Under the pieces are notes generated by a model, which worked only from the letters and a program-made list of their open reading frames with translations, was not told the DNA's origin and did no database searches. Of a stretch of DNA of 64,000 bases, positions 8,102 through 17,394 are shown one piece after another (the stretch's first letter is position 1; the number at the start of each line of letters is the position of its first letter). Both the position numbers and the translations under genes were made by a program. Source of the stretch: an uncultured virus (IMG/VR IMGVR_UViG_3300042366_001473) (taxonomy: Duplodnaviria > Heunggongvirae > Uroviricota > Caudoviricetes); IMG/VR virus record IMGVR_UViG_3300042366_001473. One strand, written 5' to 3'.

Positions 8102-9114
8102 AGTGTTTGATAAATCTTCAGCAAGAGCTTGTTATCGTAAAACTCACTTTCAATGTTGGTAAGTTGATCTGTAACAATCTGATCCACTGATTCAAACTTG
8201 ACTTCTCCGGGCGCCATATCTTCGTCTACACCGGCAGTCTTGTTGGGAATCAACGCCATCTCACGCAGGTTGTAGTCTCGCACAAAAGTTTCTTTGATAA
8301 AGTTGGCTTCTTCGTATGAGATCTCGATATCTAGGTTAACTCTGACATGCATCTTGGGTCGAAGCAGCGACGCAGCGTTGTCAATAAGGTTGGCCAGCCC
8401 GTACACACGGTACGTTGGTTGAGCAGGCCAAGCATGAAATTCAGGCGCTGATCCCCACTCCAACACAGTGAGACCTCGTTCGTCATCACCAGCATCTGCA
8501 TAATTGTGAGGGAACGCATTGCCGATGTAGGTAATATTCTTTTTGGTCTGCCGCTTGTGAAAGTGTCCTGTAAAAACATGTCCGAACCCTCCAAGATCTT
8601 CTCGACGTATTTCACCATGATCTGGCATCTCTACCATTGCATTCATCAGGTATCCTGGCAGTTCAAAGTGACCAAACAAATATTCACCGCTCATTTTTGC
8701 CAGTCGTTTGTGATCATCACCGCATAGCCAAGGAGCAATAGTGACGCCGCCACTGCTGAACCAATCATTGCAGATTTCCACACGCGGTAGGTGTTTGGCC
8801 CATTCTACACTTTGAATGTCACGTTTATCCCGATAGTACAAATCGTGATTACCTGGAATAAAATACACACGTTCAAAGTTGTTGTTCATGTGCTCCAAGG
8901 CCTGCAAACTGTAGTTCAGGGTGACTATGTTCAGGCTTGATCGATTGTTGTGCCAATCGCCCAGAAACATGCAGGTTTCGCAACCTTCTTCTTGGGCCTT
9001 GGCCGTGGCCCACTTCACAAAAGCCAAACAGTCTTCGTTGTGTAGAACACTGTTGGACTTGAGCCCAAAATGGATGTCGGTAAAGATTGCGGCTTTTTTA
9101 AATAAATTACTCAT
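8098..9114 (-). CDS. gp47: Recombination endonuclease nuclease subunit (T4 gp47 / SbcD / Mre11-like)
   Basis: Metallophosphoesterase motifs DIHFG, LGD, GNHD, GHFE and GHFH; lies next to gp46. Confidence 0.95.
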   Translation of the reverse strand: MSNLFKKAAIFTDIHFGLKSNSVLHNEDCLAFVKWATAKAQEEGCETCMFLGDWHNNRSSLNIVTLNYSLQALEHMNNNFERVYFIPGNHDLYYRDKRDIQSVEWAKHLPRVEICNDWFSSGGVTIAPWLCGDDHKRLAKMSGEYLFGHFELPGYLMNAMVEMPDHGEIRREDLGGFGHVFTGHFHKRQTKKNITYIGNAFPHNYADAGDDERGLTVLEWGSAPEFHAWPAQPTYRVYGLANLIDNAASLLRPKMHVRVNLDIEISYEEANFIKETFVRDYNLREMALIPNKTAGVDEDMAPGEVKFESVDQIVTDQLTNIESEFYDNKLLLKIYQTL

Positions 9115-10027
9115 CTACTGATTGTACTACATCATCCAGGCTGCTCACAACCGGTCCGGACATGGCAGCCATGCTTTTGGCACCTGAGTTTTGACGAGTC
9201 CAGCTTGGGTTCAACCCATTGATTTCCAGGATATCGTCACGAATGTTTTGGTTCTTTTTCTCTATGTTGAGAATCCGCGTAAAACTGTTAGTGATCGCAG
9301 CAGTGTAATACGCAAACGGGTTCTGGCTCTTGCTCTCGTCGAACTGTAGACCAATCTGACTAAGCTGTAGTAGAGCTTGTCCACGCATTTCTTCATTGTA
9401 TGTGTAGCCACGCCAGTTGCTCCTTGTGGCATAACGCTCGCACAGTTTCATAAACATGGTGGCCAGCTTGCGTGTCATATTGCCGTGATCGCGACAATAC
9501 TCGCCCGTTTCCAAATCGCCCTTCCAGTGACTCTTGCCCACCACAAACGGTACCTTGTTTTCGTCGATGCGATAGTGATAAAACGGCGGAAAGTTCAGTC
9601 GCACATGTGTGGGATCCAGCACAGGCTCTTCCACAAGATCCTCCAGAGGATCCACTGCTACTTCATCCAGGTCCAGGATGTCTTCTAGCTTCTTGCGCTT
9701 GGTAGCATTTTTGGGCACTTTCTTGGGTGCCAGCGGAATGTGTTCCCAGCAGGTAATTCTAAACACTATGTCTGTGTTGGGAATTTTGGTAGGGTCTACA
9801 ATTTCCCCTGTTTCGCGTTTGATACGGTCGGCACGATTTCTGCGGGCCTCGGCCACTGTGCGCTGATTGATCTTGTCAACACTGGGCAGTATGATATCGT
9901 ACTGATGATCAGTCACAGGATCTCTGTAGCTGCAATAGGTTTTTTTGCTGAGATGAATTTCTTTGAGGATATCTCTGTTGTTGAGATAGTTGACTTTGGC
10001 TGGTGTTTTGACCAAGGGTTCTGACAT
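9107..10027 (-). CDS. gp55: Late-transcription sigma factor (T4 gp55-like)
   Basis: NYLNN N-terminus and NWRGYTYNEEM...FDESKSQNPFAYYT motif, in the canonical gp55-gp47-gp46 order. Confidence 0.88.
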   Translation of the reverse strand: MSEPLVKTPAKVNYLNNRDILKEIHLSKKTYCSYRDPVTDHQYDIILPSVDKINQRTVAEARRNRADRIKRETGEIVDPTKIPNTDIVFRITCWEHIPLAPKKVPKNATKRKKLEDILDLDEVAVDPLEDLVEEPVLDPTHVRLNFPPFYHYRIDENKVPFVVGKSHWKGDLETGEYCRDHGNMTRKLATMFMKLCERYATRSNWRGYTYNEEMRGQALLQLSQIGLQFDESKSQNPFAYYTAAITNSFTRILNIEKKNQNIRDDILEINGLNPSWTRQNSGAKSMAAMSGPVVSSLDDVVQSVDE

Positions 10028-10053
10028 GGGGGAGGTTCTCCTAATATTTACTT

Positions 10054-10081
10054 ATTTTAACACAAAAGTATGACTTGTCAA
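10054..10081 (-). promoter_or_regulatory. Sigma70-type promoter for the gp55/gp47/gp46 operon
   Basis: Minus strand TTGACA (10081-10076), 16-nt spacer, TG-n-TAAAAT (10059-10054), followed by an AGGAG RBS and ATG at 10027. Confidence 0.7.
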
Positions 10082-10093
10082 CCTTTCTTAAAC

Positions 10094-10119
10094 TACGCTG
10101 ATAATTTTTTGGGTAAATA
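10094..10119 (+). promoter_or_regulatory. Late promoter (TAAATA box with upstream TACGC)
   Basis: TAAATA at 10114-10119 resembles the T4 late consensus TATAAATA and lies 18 nt before the first structural gene. Confidence 0.6.
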
Positions 10120-10137
10120 CTGTATAGGAACACAACA

Positions 10138-11229
10138 ATGTCCACAGAATTTCCACAACAGGTAAACCCCAACACAGACCCTGAACTGCCGCAGGCCAAT
10201 CCTGCGGATTTTGGCGCGACCGGCGAAACTGGCGCCGCAGAAAATTCTGCGCCTAAGCCTGTTGATCCCGACAACGATCCTGTTGTTAAAGAGTTCTTTG
10301 AACAGCGACGCCAAGAGCTTGAGACCCAGGCCAATGAAGATGACGACCCTGACAGCGACGCCAATGCAAGAACCAAGGCCTTGCTCAAAGAAACTCAGGA
10401 ACAGGCCAGCATTCAGCAGTACTTCAACCAAACCACCAAGGGCGACTGGCGTGTACGACTGCGTATTGCACCAGATGCTGAGTACCTGTATCAAGACAAA
10501 AGCAATGCGCTGTTGGCACCACTCAGGGTCAGCGACGGTGTGGTATTTCCCTATACCCCTATAATCAACACCAGCTATGCTGCCAAATACGATCCATATG
10601 ATCTAACACACTCCAACTATCGTGGATACTTCTACAAAGGTAGTCAGGTCAGCGATGTGCAAATTCAAGCCACATTCACAGCACAGGACACCCGCGAAGC
10701 AGAGTATGTGCTGGCAGTGATACAGTTTTTTAGATCAGCTACCAAAATGTTCTACGGCAAAGATCAACAGCGTGGATCTCCACCGCCCCTAGTATACTTG
10801 CGCGGCTATGGAGAATATCAGTTCAACGACCATGCCTGTGTGATCACCAATTTTCAGTACAACTTGCCCAACGACGTTGACTACATTGCAGTCACTCCCA
10901 ACAACATAGGGCTGAACCTGAGTAACAGACAGCAACAAGTTGGATCATCGCCAGTCAGCACCATTAGTTCAGCCATAGGACGACTCAGCAACTTGTTCAA
11001 TGCAGTAACTGGACAGCCCGGTGTGCCCAAAGGTGCTGTGCCAGGCACTCGAGGAGATCTGGGACAGACTCGTGCAACAGTCTACGGCTTGAATCAAGCC
11101 ACATATGTACCAACCAAAATTGACATGAACATTACCTTACTGCCCATACAGACCAGGTCACAAGTCAGCAAACAGTTCAGCGTCAAAGAATTCAGCAATG
11201 GCAACTTATTGAAGAAAGGATTCTGGTAA
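10138..11229 (+). CDS. Probable baseplate / tail-tube initiation protein
   Basis: First gene of the baseplate cluster. DWRVRL...GVVFPYTP...PPPLVYLRGYG pattern is tube/baseplate-like. The family call is inferred from context. Confidence 0.55.
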   Translation: MSTEFPQQVNPNTDPELPQANPADFGATGETGAAENSAPKPVDPDNDPVVKEFFEQRRQELETQANEDDDPDSDANARTKALLKETQEQASIQQYFNQTTKGDWRVRLRIAPDAEYLYQDKSNALLAPLRVSDGVVFPYTPIINTSYAAKYDPYDLTHSNYRGYFYKGSQVSDVQIQATFTAQDTREAEYVLAVIQFFRSATKMFYGKDQQRGSPPPLVYLRGYGEYQFNDHACVITNFQYNLPNDVDYIAVTPNNIGLNLSNRQQQVGSSPVSTISSAIGRLSNLFNAVTGQPGVPKGAVPGTRGDLGQTRATVYGLNQATYVPTKIDMNITLLPIQTRSQVSKQFSVKEFSNGNLLKKGFW

Positions 11230-11528
11230 TGGCCAACTACGACTCAACCAGTCCCTATTACACAACTCCATACAGTCAGTTTTTTCTTGACGTCATGGTG
11301 GATCGTCCCATACCCAAAGAAAGTGATGACTTAAAAACTGTCATAAACTTGACATATCAGTACAGACCCGACTTGTTGGCCTATGACCTGTATGGCACAC
11401 CCACACTGTGGTGGGTGTTTTATCAACGAAATCCCAATACGCTGACCAAGCCTCCTTTGGATTTTACTGTGGGCAAAGAAATTTACTTGCCCAAAGAAAG
11501 CACACTGAAATCGGTCTTGGGGTACTAA
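11229..11528 (+). CDS. gp53: Baseplate wedge subunit, gp53-like (LysM-like)
   Basis: YQYRPDLLAYDLYGTPTLWWVF motif; 99 aa; baseplate context. Confidence 0.75.
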   Translation: MANYDSTSPYYTTPYSQFFLDVMVDRPIPKESDDLKTVINLTYQYRPDLLAYDLYGTPTLWWVFYQRNPNTLTKPPLDFTVGKEIYLPKESTLKSVLGY

Positions 11529-11531
11529 ACA

Positions 11532-14033
11532 ATGTCAGTAGCAGACAATCAAGCCAATGACGACAACCCGCAAACGTCAGACGTAGCCAACCTTGGCGAA
11601 ATAGTAATTACTACCTCGCGCCCAGCAAAGACTGCGGCGGACAAACCCATTGTACCACAGCCCAACATACTGGACGGCTTTGAAACTACTAGCTATCAGG
11701 CTTCGGTCTACATGTTGACTCCGGCTCAGCTTACTGCATTTCAACGCACAGGAAAAAAATCAATTACGGGCTACAATTTGATGTTTCAAAGCGGAGGTGC
11801 ACCCAACAACATAGGAGGACCCCAAGGGTCTGCAGCAGGCGCTGGTGCACCAGATGCAGGACGCAATCCATTTTTTCCCAATGACTTTTATATAGATACC
11901 ATTACCCTGGAAAACATTCCTTTGGGAAAAGGTACCATGGCCGCGCACGGTTCAACCCAGTTGAAGTTCACTGTGGTTGAACCGTCCAACATTACCCTGA
12001 TAGACTGCATATACAAAGCTGTACAAGATCTACAGCCCAAAACCCGCAACGGAGCCATAAACTACGCAGCAGTGTGCTATCTCATGGTGATTCGTTTTTA
12101 TGGGTATGATAAAACTGGCAAACTGCAAGCAGTGGCTTCTACTGACCAGGCCTCCAAACAGTCAGACTCTAGGGCTATAGTTGAAAAATATATTCCTTTC
12201 CGAATCAAAGACATCAAATGGGAAGTAAGTTCCAGACTGGTCAGCTATGAGTTTGATTGTCAGCCTATTGGACAGATTGTGGCCGGCAGCACACGACGCG
12301 GCACCATCACTGCTGATTATGAACTCAATGGGCAGACTGTGGGCGAATTGCTGGTAGGCAGCGTAGCAGACAACAATGTCAGTGGTAGTGCTCCTGCTGG
12401 TGCAAGGTCTGATCCAAACCAGTCTAACGCTGAGACCACTAGATTGGCACAGGCAGGTACACCTCCACCCAATGCATCAGCGGCACAACAAAAATCTGCA
12501 TTGAGAACTGGTCTGGTTGGTGTCATGAATGCCTATCAACAACAACTGGTCAAAGATGGCAGAGCCGATGTTGCTGACGAATATGAAATTGTGTTTGCCA
12601 ACGGTGCTGAAAAAATCAGAGACGCTACGCTGTTCAAACCTGGATCTACTGTCAACAAAGGAGCCACTGACATGGGTCCTGCGCCACAGCAGGATCCCAG
12701 CGGTCTAAGCCCAGACAAAGGAGCAGTCAATCCCAACAGCAGAAATCAAGGCATCACCGCTGGCATGCAGATGTTGCAGGCCATTGACATAGCCATAAGA
12801 AATTCCGACTACATCACCAACCAGGCCACCACAGTGATTGCCGAAGGCGATGACGATAGATCAGAAGCTGGTAGCACAGCCACCACTACATCTTTTTCCT
12901 GGTATCACATTGCCATGAGTGTGCAGCAGCTGGACTACGATCCCAAACGCAATGATTTTGCATATCGAGTCAGATACACCATTATACCTTTCACGCCGCA
13001 AGATTTTCAAAGTCAGTATTTTCCAGTGCCCAAATTTAGAGGTGTAGTAAAAAGTTATCCCTACTGGTTCACAGGTGAGAACACTGCGGTACTGGACTAC
13101 AGAGCCAACTTCAACAAACTGTATGTACAAACTGTGACCGGCAGTTCAGCCGACAATTCAGTATTGGCTCGCAGTAGAGCAAACTTTGCAGCCAGCCAGA
13201 GAGAATTGCCGTTTGTGGATTTTCCACCTCGTAGTACAGAATCAGCACAAGGTGCCGCTGGCAAAGCCAACGAACTGGCAGCCAACGCAGCTGAATACTT
13301 GTACAATCCAGCAGACAACGGACAAGGAGAAATAACCATTATTGGAGATCCTGCTTGGATACAGCAGGGATCTGCTGTGGGCGAACTAAACCCAACTGCG
13401 GTTGACTATAGTCCGTTTACCAGTGATGGTACCATCAACTACGACACACAGGATGTGCTGTTTGAAATAGTGTGGCAACGTCCTGAAGACTATGATCTCA
13501 ACAACGGGCTTGCAGACCCGTATGCAAGAACACAGAATATCTTTGGAGATCGAGAGCCTCGTCAAAGCGTGATCTATCGAGCTATAGGTATTGTTAGTGA
13601 ATTTACCAAAGGACGATTCCAGCAAAAAATCAAAGGTGTACTGTACCGATATCGTGTGCCTGGACCAGCTGCAGGTAATGCAACAGGCAGTGAACCTGAT
13701 CAAAGTGATACAGAAACAAATCGTCCAAATGCTGCCAACGACCAAGCAGATCCAAGAAAAGCCGACAACCCTGCAGCAGTATTGTCCAGTTCGGCATCTC
13801 CTAGTGCAAGGTTGGAGCCAACACCAACCCTTGCTGTTACCCCAGTGAGTTCGGGGCAGTTTCCTGCTGTAGCACCCAACGCAAACAACCCAGTTTCTAG
13901 ATTGTTGCCCCCACTACCGGTAAGTAGTAATGGACAACCAATTGAAACACCTGCTAATAGTAGACTCAATCCATCCTCTGCAGCACCCGGAGCTGTACCC
14001 AGTGCGTCGCAACCAGGCGCAAGAGATTATTAA
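11532..14033 (+). CDS. Probable baseplate hub protein (gp27-like position)
   Basis: 833 aa, between the gp53-like and gp5-like genes, with an ITIIGDP motif and a low-complexity C-terminus. Confidence 0.55.
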   Translation: MSVADNQANDDNPQTSDVANLGEIVITTSRPAKTAADKPIVPQPNILDGFETTSYQASVYMLTPAQLTAFQRTGKKSITGYNLMFQSGGAPNNIGGPQGSAAGAGAPDAGRNPFFPNDFYIDTITLENIPLGKGTMAAHGSTQLKFTVVEPSNITLIDCIYKAVQDLQPKTRNGAINYAAVCYLMVIRFYGYDKTGKLQAVASTDQASKQSDSRAIVEKYIPFRIKDIKWEVSSRLVSYEFDCQPIGQIVAGSTRRGTITADYELNGQTVGELLVGSVADNNVSGSAPAGARSDPNQSNAETTRLAQAGTPPPNASAAQQKSALRTGLVGVMNAYQQQLVKDGRADVADEYEIVFANGAEKIRDATLFKPGSTVNKGATDMGPAPQQDPSGLSPDKGAVNPNSRNQGITAGMQMLQAIDIAIRNSDYITNQATTVIAEGDDDRSEAGSTATTTSFSWYHIAMSVQQLDYDPKRNDFAYRVRYTIIPFTPQDFQSQYFPVPKFRGVVKSYPYWFTGENTAVLDYRANFNKLYVQTVTGSSADNSVLARSRANFAASQRELPFVDFPPRSTESAQGAAGKANELAANAAEYLYNPADNGQGEITIIGDPAWIQQGSAVGELNPTAVDYSPFTSDGTINYDTQDVLFEIVWQRPEDYDLNNGLADPYARTQNIFGDREPRQSVIYRAIGIVSEFTKGRFQQKIKGVLYRYRVPGPAAGNATGSEPDQSDTETNRPNAANDQADPRKADNPAAVLSSSASPSARLEPTPTLAVTPVSSGQFPAVAPNANNPVSRLLPPLPVSSNGQPIETPANSRLNPSSAAPGAVPSASQPGARDY

Positions 14034-14042
14034 GGACAAACA

Positions 14043-15548
14043 ATGGCACAAGAAAGTGAACGCAGTCGAGGTCGGCCGTCAAACTACAAGTTAGATCGTG
14101 GCGGTGTTCCTGCGGAATCAGGGCCGTTTATTGGCACAGTCATGAACAACATTGACCCTGCACGGTCAGGACGGCTGCAGGTATATATTGAAGCATTCGG
14201 CTCTGGAGATATCAACAACGCAAACAAATGGACTCGAGTTCGATACCTGCCGCCGTTTTATGGCGCCACACCTGAAGGCAAAACACCCAACACTGGCACA
14301 GGCGAATACCCTGGCAATCAAAACAGCTACGGCATGTGGTTTACACCTCCAGACATTGGTGTCAAAGTGCTGTGCTTTTTTGTCAACGGCGATAGAACCG
14401 AAGGCGGTTACTATGTGGGGGTGATTCCTGAAAATGGTGTGAATCACATGGTGCCGGCTATTGGCGCAGCAGCCAACTATGTGGTGGGAAACAAGAATCA
14501 AGAAAGCTACTTTGCTGATTCGCCGCTGTTGCCGGTGACTGAAATCAACACCAGCAACAAGCAGTTGGACAATGCTGGAAGGTTCTATGACCAAGCCAAA
14601 CCAGTTCATGGTGTTGTAGCAAGCTCTATGTTTCAACAAGGTCTCAACAACGACATTGAACGCGGCCCTGTGCGCAGCAGCAGCCAACGAGAATCACCAT
14701 CTGCTGTGTTTGGTATCAGTACTCCAGGCACTGCAATTTATCAAGGCGGACTAACACCTGCAGATATCAGACAAAAACTCAATGCAGGAGAAGTCAAGCC
14801 AGCTGACATAGGCGTAATTGGACGCATGGGCGGCCATACCCTGGTCATGGACGATGGCGATATAGACGGCAACAATCAAATGTTCCGTCTGCGCACAGCC
14901 AAAGGGCATCAGATCACCATGAATGACACAGGAAACTTCCTGTACATCATTCATGCCAATGGACAAACCTGGATTGAGTTAGGCGTAGAAGGCACAGTTG
15001 ATGTATTCAGCACAAATTCTGTAAACATACGCACACAGGGCGATATTAATTTGCATGCTGACCGCGACATCAACATGTATGCTGGGAGAGATTTCAAAGT
15101 CAAAGCCAATGCCAGCATCACCATGGAAGCAGTGGTCAACACCACAATTACAGCACAAGCAGATCTAAAACTGTACAGCAAGGCCACCATTGGCATCAAA
15201 GCTGATGGCACGTTGACTCTCAACAGTCAAGGTGGATCTTGGGGCGGTGGCGACAGTTTGGTATTCAAAGCCGGGGGCATTGATCTCAACGGTCCTGCTG
15301 CTGCTACTGTGGAAGCGCCACGACCCTTGCAAAAAACCAAACTTGATGATACCACTTTTGACAACCTCAAAGGCTGGCAAGTTGAAAAAGAAAAATTAGA
15401 AAGCATTGTGGGACGAGCACCTACCCATGAACCTTATCCATATCACAACAAGGGTGTAGACGTTGAAGTTGTGTTTGAAGAAGGAACACCAGCTCCTCCT
15501 CCGGGCGCACCGCCTGTTCCTGCCGGTGTAGAGATTGTGGCAAACTGA
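14043..15548 (+). CDS. gp5: Baseplate central spike, gp5/VgrG-like (OB fold plus beta-helix, no lysozyme domain)
   Basis: N-terminal OB fold (DPARSGRLQVYI, GMWFTPPDIGVKVLCFF), RTAKGHQITMNDT, beta-helix repeats and a His-containing tip (THEPYPYH). Confidence 0.8.
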   Translation: MAQESERSRGRPSNYKLDRGGVPAESGPFIGTVMNNIDPARSGRLQVYIEAFGSGDINNANKWTRVRYLPPFYGATPEGKTPNTGTGEYPGNQNSYGMWFTPPDIGVKVLCFFVNGDRTEGGYYVGVIPENGVNHMVPAIGAAANYVVGNKNQESYFADSPLLPVTEINTSNKQLDNAGRFYDQAKPVHGVVASSMFQQGLNNDIERGPVRSSSQRESPSAVFGISTPGTAIYQGGLTPADIRQKLNAGEVKPADIGVIGRMGGHTLVMDDGDIDGNNQMFRLRTAKGHQITMNDTGNFLYIIHANGQTWIELGVEGTVDVFSTNSVNIRTQGDINLHADRDINMYAGRDFKVKANASITMEAVVNTTITAQADLKLYSKATIGIKADGTLTLNSQGGSWGGGDSLVFKAGGIDLNGPAAATVEAPRPLQKTKLDDTTFDNLKGWQVEKEKLESIVGRAPTHEPYPYHNKGVDVEVVFEEGTPAPPPGAPPVPAGVEIVAN

Positions 15549-15549
15549 T

Positions 15550-16956
15550 ATGGCATCATTTACTTTTACTCTCCCAGGGTCTGCCAAGTCCTTTAGCATC
15601 AAAGGACCTGACGGTTTTACTGAAGCACAGGCACGATCTATATTTGATCAACAAGCTGCTGCTGGCAGTTTTGTGGGATTCAACCCAGGCGATGTGTTGA
15701 ACTCAGCAAAACAAGCTGCTGCTGGATTGCCTGGCGCAGCTTCTCAATTGGCACAGTCGCTGACAGGCAGTACCAGCATCGTCAACGGCGCGGTGCTAAA
15801 CAATGCAGTAGGACAAGTGTCAGGGCAAATTTCACAAGCGGTGGGACAGGCAACTTCTGTGGCCCGTGCGGCTGTGACCAACGTCACAAACATTGTGAAA
15901 ACCATACCAGTAACCAACGGTATCAACCCAGCTGATTTTGCAAAACAAGCTTCGGCGTTATTGCCTATTGGCAATCTGACATCAGTGGATGTTCGAGCAG
16001 GCATGGCACAGGCCTCAAAGTTGGTAGGACAAGCAGCCGACGTTGTATCAAACACAGCAGGCGTGGGAAAATTTGGCTTTGATGGCGCCCAACTAGAATC
16101 AGCTGGCATACTAAAACCAGGGGTAGCAGCACAATATTTACAAAGCGGTGCCAACAAACTGACTGACGTGCTCAAAAGCCCCACAGTGTTCACTGGCAAG
16201 GATGGTATAAAGTCTCTAACAGATTTGTTGGGATCTGAAGTCAAACAAAACAGCATACAGCAAAGCTTGATGTCCAAAGGTGTAGAAGGACTCAAACAAG
16301 TAGGAGTTCCAGTCAACACTCTGACTCCCACTGCACTGGTGGGCACAGCGTTGAATGCTGCCAAAAATCTACCGGCTGCTGCAGATTGGGCCAAGGGTTT
16401 GCCAGTGCCACCTGACGTCAAAGGACAATTTGACAAAGTTGCACGTGATGGTGCATTTGCAGTGGACTTTGCCAATCAAAACATCACAAACTCGTTAAAA
16501 CAAGAAATTGTACCTGTTCCAGCCAGCGACACAGTGAATCGTGAAACACTCAACGCTGCTGGCAGCCGAGTAATAGGCAATGCCAAAGTGCCTGCAGTCA
16601 ATTATAACAGTGCTCCTAAAGTAGATATTGTTAAATTTGGCGATGCAGTCAGTGCCGAGCAATCAAAATACCCAGGCTTTTTGAAACGTGGACTTGCGTT
16701 GACCAGAACCGCTGATGAAAACAATCTGTCTCCTACTATCAGACAGCTGGAACAACTGGTCAGCGACTTGAATGCGTCTGATGGGGTACTGTTGTCACTG
16801 TTGCGCGAAGCCAACTTGATCAAAGCCCAATTGAACTTTACTCCACCACAATTGGCTCAGATTGAAACCAGCAGAGCTGATATTGCTAGAGCAATTGCTA
16901 TTTTTGAAAAAGCTATCAAAGGCTTCAAGGAAGTTGTTGCAGAATCTGCTGCATAA
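15550..16956 (+). CDS. Virion-associated protein with possible lysozyme-like domain
   Basis: ATG 15550 lies just after the gp5 stop. The central GVGKFGF...LESAGILKPG...FTGKDGIKS...Q segment resembles lysozyme-like domains. Confidence 0.5.
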   Translation: MASFTFTLPGSAKSFSIKGPDGFTEAQARSIFDQQAAAGSFVGFNPGDVLNSAKQAAAGLPGAASQLAQSLTGSTSIVNGAVLNNAVGQVSGQISQAVGQATSVARAAVTNVTNIVKTIPVTNGINPADFAKQASALLPIGNLTSVDVRAGMAQASKLVGQAADVVSNTAGVGKFGFDGAQLESAGILKPGVAAQYLQSGANKLTDVLKSPTVFTGKDGIKSLTDLLGSEVKQNSIQQSLMSKGVEGLKQVGVPVNTLTPTALVGTALNAAKNLPAAADWAKGLPVPPDVKGQFDKVARDGAFAVDFANQNITNSLKQEIVPVPASDTVNRETLNAAGSRVIGNAKVPAVNYNSAPKVDIVKFGDAVSAEQSKYPGFLKRGLALTRTADENNLSPTIRQLEQLVSDLNASDGVLLSLLREANLIKAQLNFTPPQLAQIETSRADIARAIAIFEKAIKGFKEVVAESAA

Positions 16957-16974
16957 TCTAGGCTAAATATTGCC

Positions 16975-17349
16975 ATGACTACATTTATTGGCTTCAACAC
17001 CATCAACCAGTTCAAAAAGTTCACACTAACTGAATTTGCTCTGATTCAGCGTGACCTGTTAAACGCCTTTAACATACGTCAAGGTGAACTACCTGGCCGT
17101 CCTGGTTACGGTACCGCAATGTGGGACTTTGTGTTTGAAAACCAAATTGAAGAATTGGCCAACAATATTCGCAGAGAAGTTGAGCGTGTGGCTGCAGGTG
17201 ATCCCAGAATACAGGTCACAGATATTCAAATATTTCCGCAGCAAAACGGCATATTGATACAGTTAGAGATTGCTGTAGTACCCAGTACCAACGCCGAAAT
17301 ACTCAGCATCTTTTTTGACCTTCAACAGCGTTCTGCTTCCTACGTATAA
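16975..17349 (+). CDS. gp25: Baseplate wedge subunit gp25-like
   Basis: DLLNAFNIRQGELPGRPGYGT...DPRI motif of the GPW/gp25 family; TAAATA at 16964-16969 upstream. Confidence 0.88.
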   Translation: MTTFIGFNTINQFKKFTLTEFALIQRDLLNAFNIRQGELPGRPGYGTAMWDFVFENQIEELANNIRREVERVAAGDPRIQVTDIQIFPQQNGILIQLEIAVVPSTNAEILSIFFDLQQRSASYV

Positions 17350-17350
17350 G

Positions 17351-17376
17351 TACGCCGTTTTTTTCGGCGATAAATA
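17351..17376 (+). promoter_or_regulatory. Late promoter with upstream TACGC and CGCCG-T7-CGGCG inverted repeat
   Basis: TACGCCGTTTTTTTCGGCGATAAATA lies upstream of the gp6-like gene. Confidence 0.6.
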
Positions 17377-17394
17377 ATACAAAGGTTGCACGGA

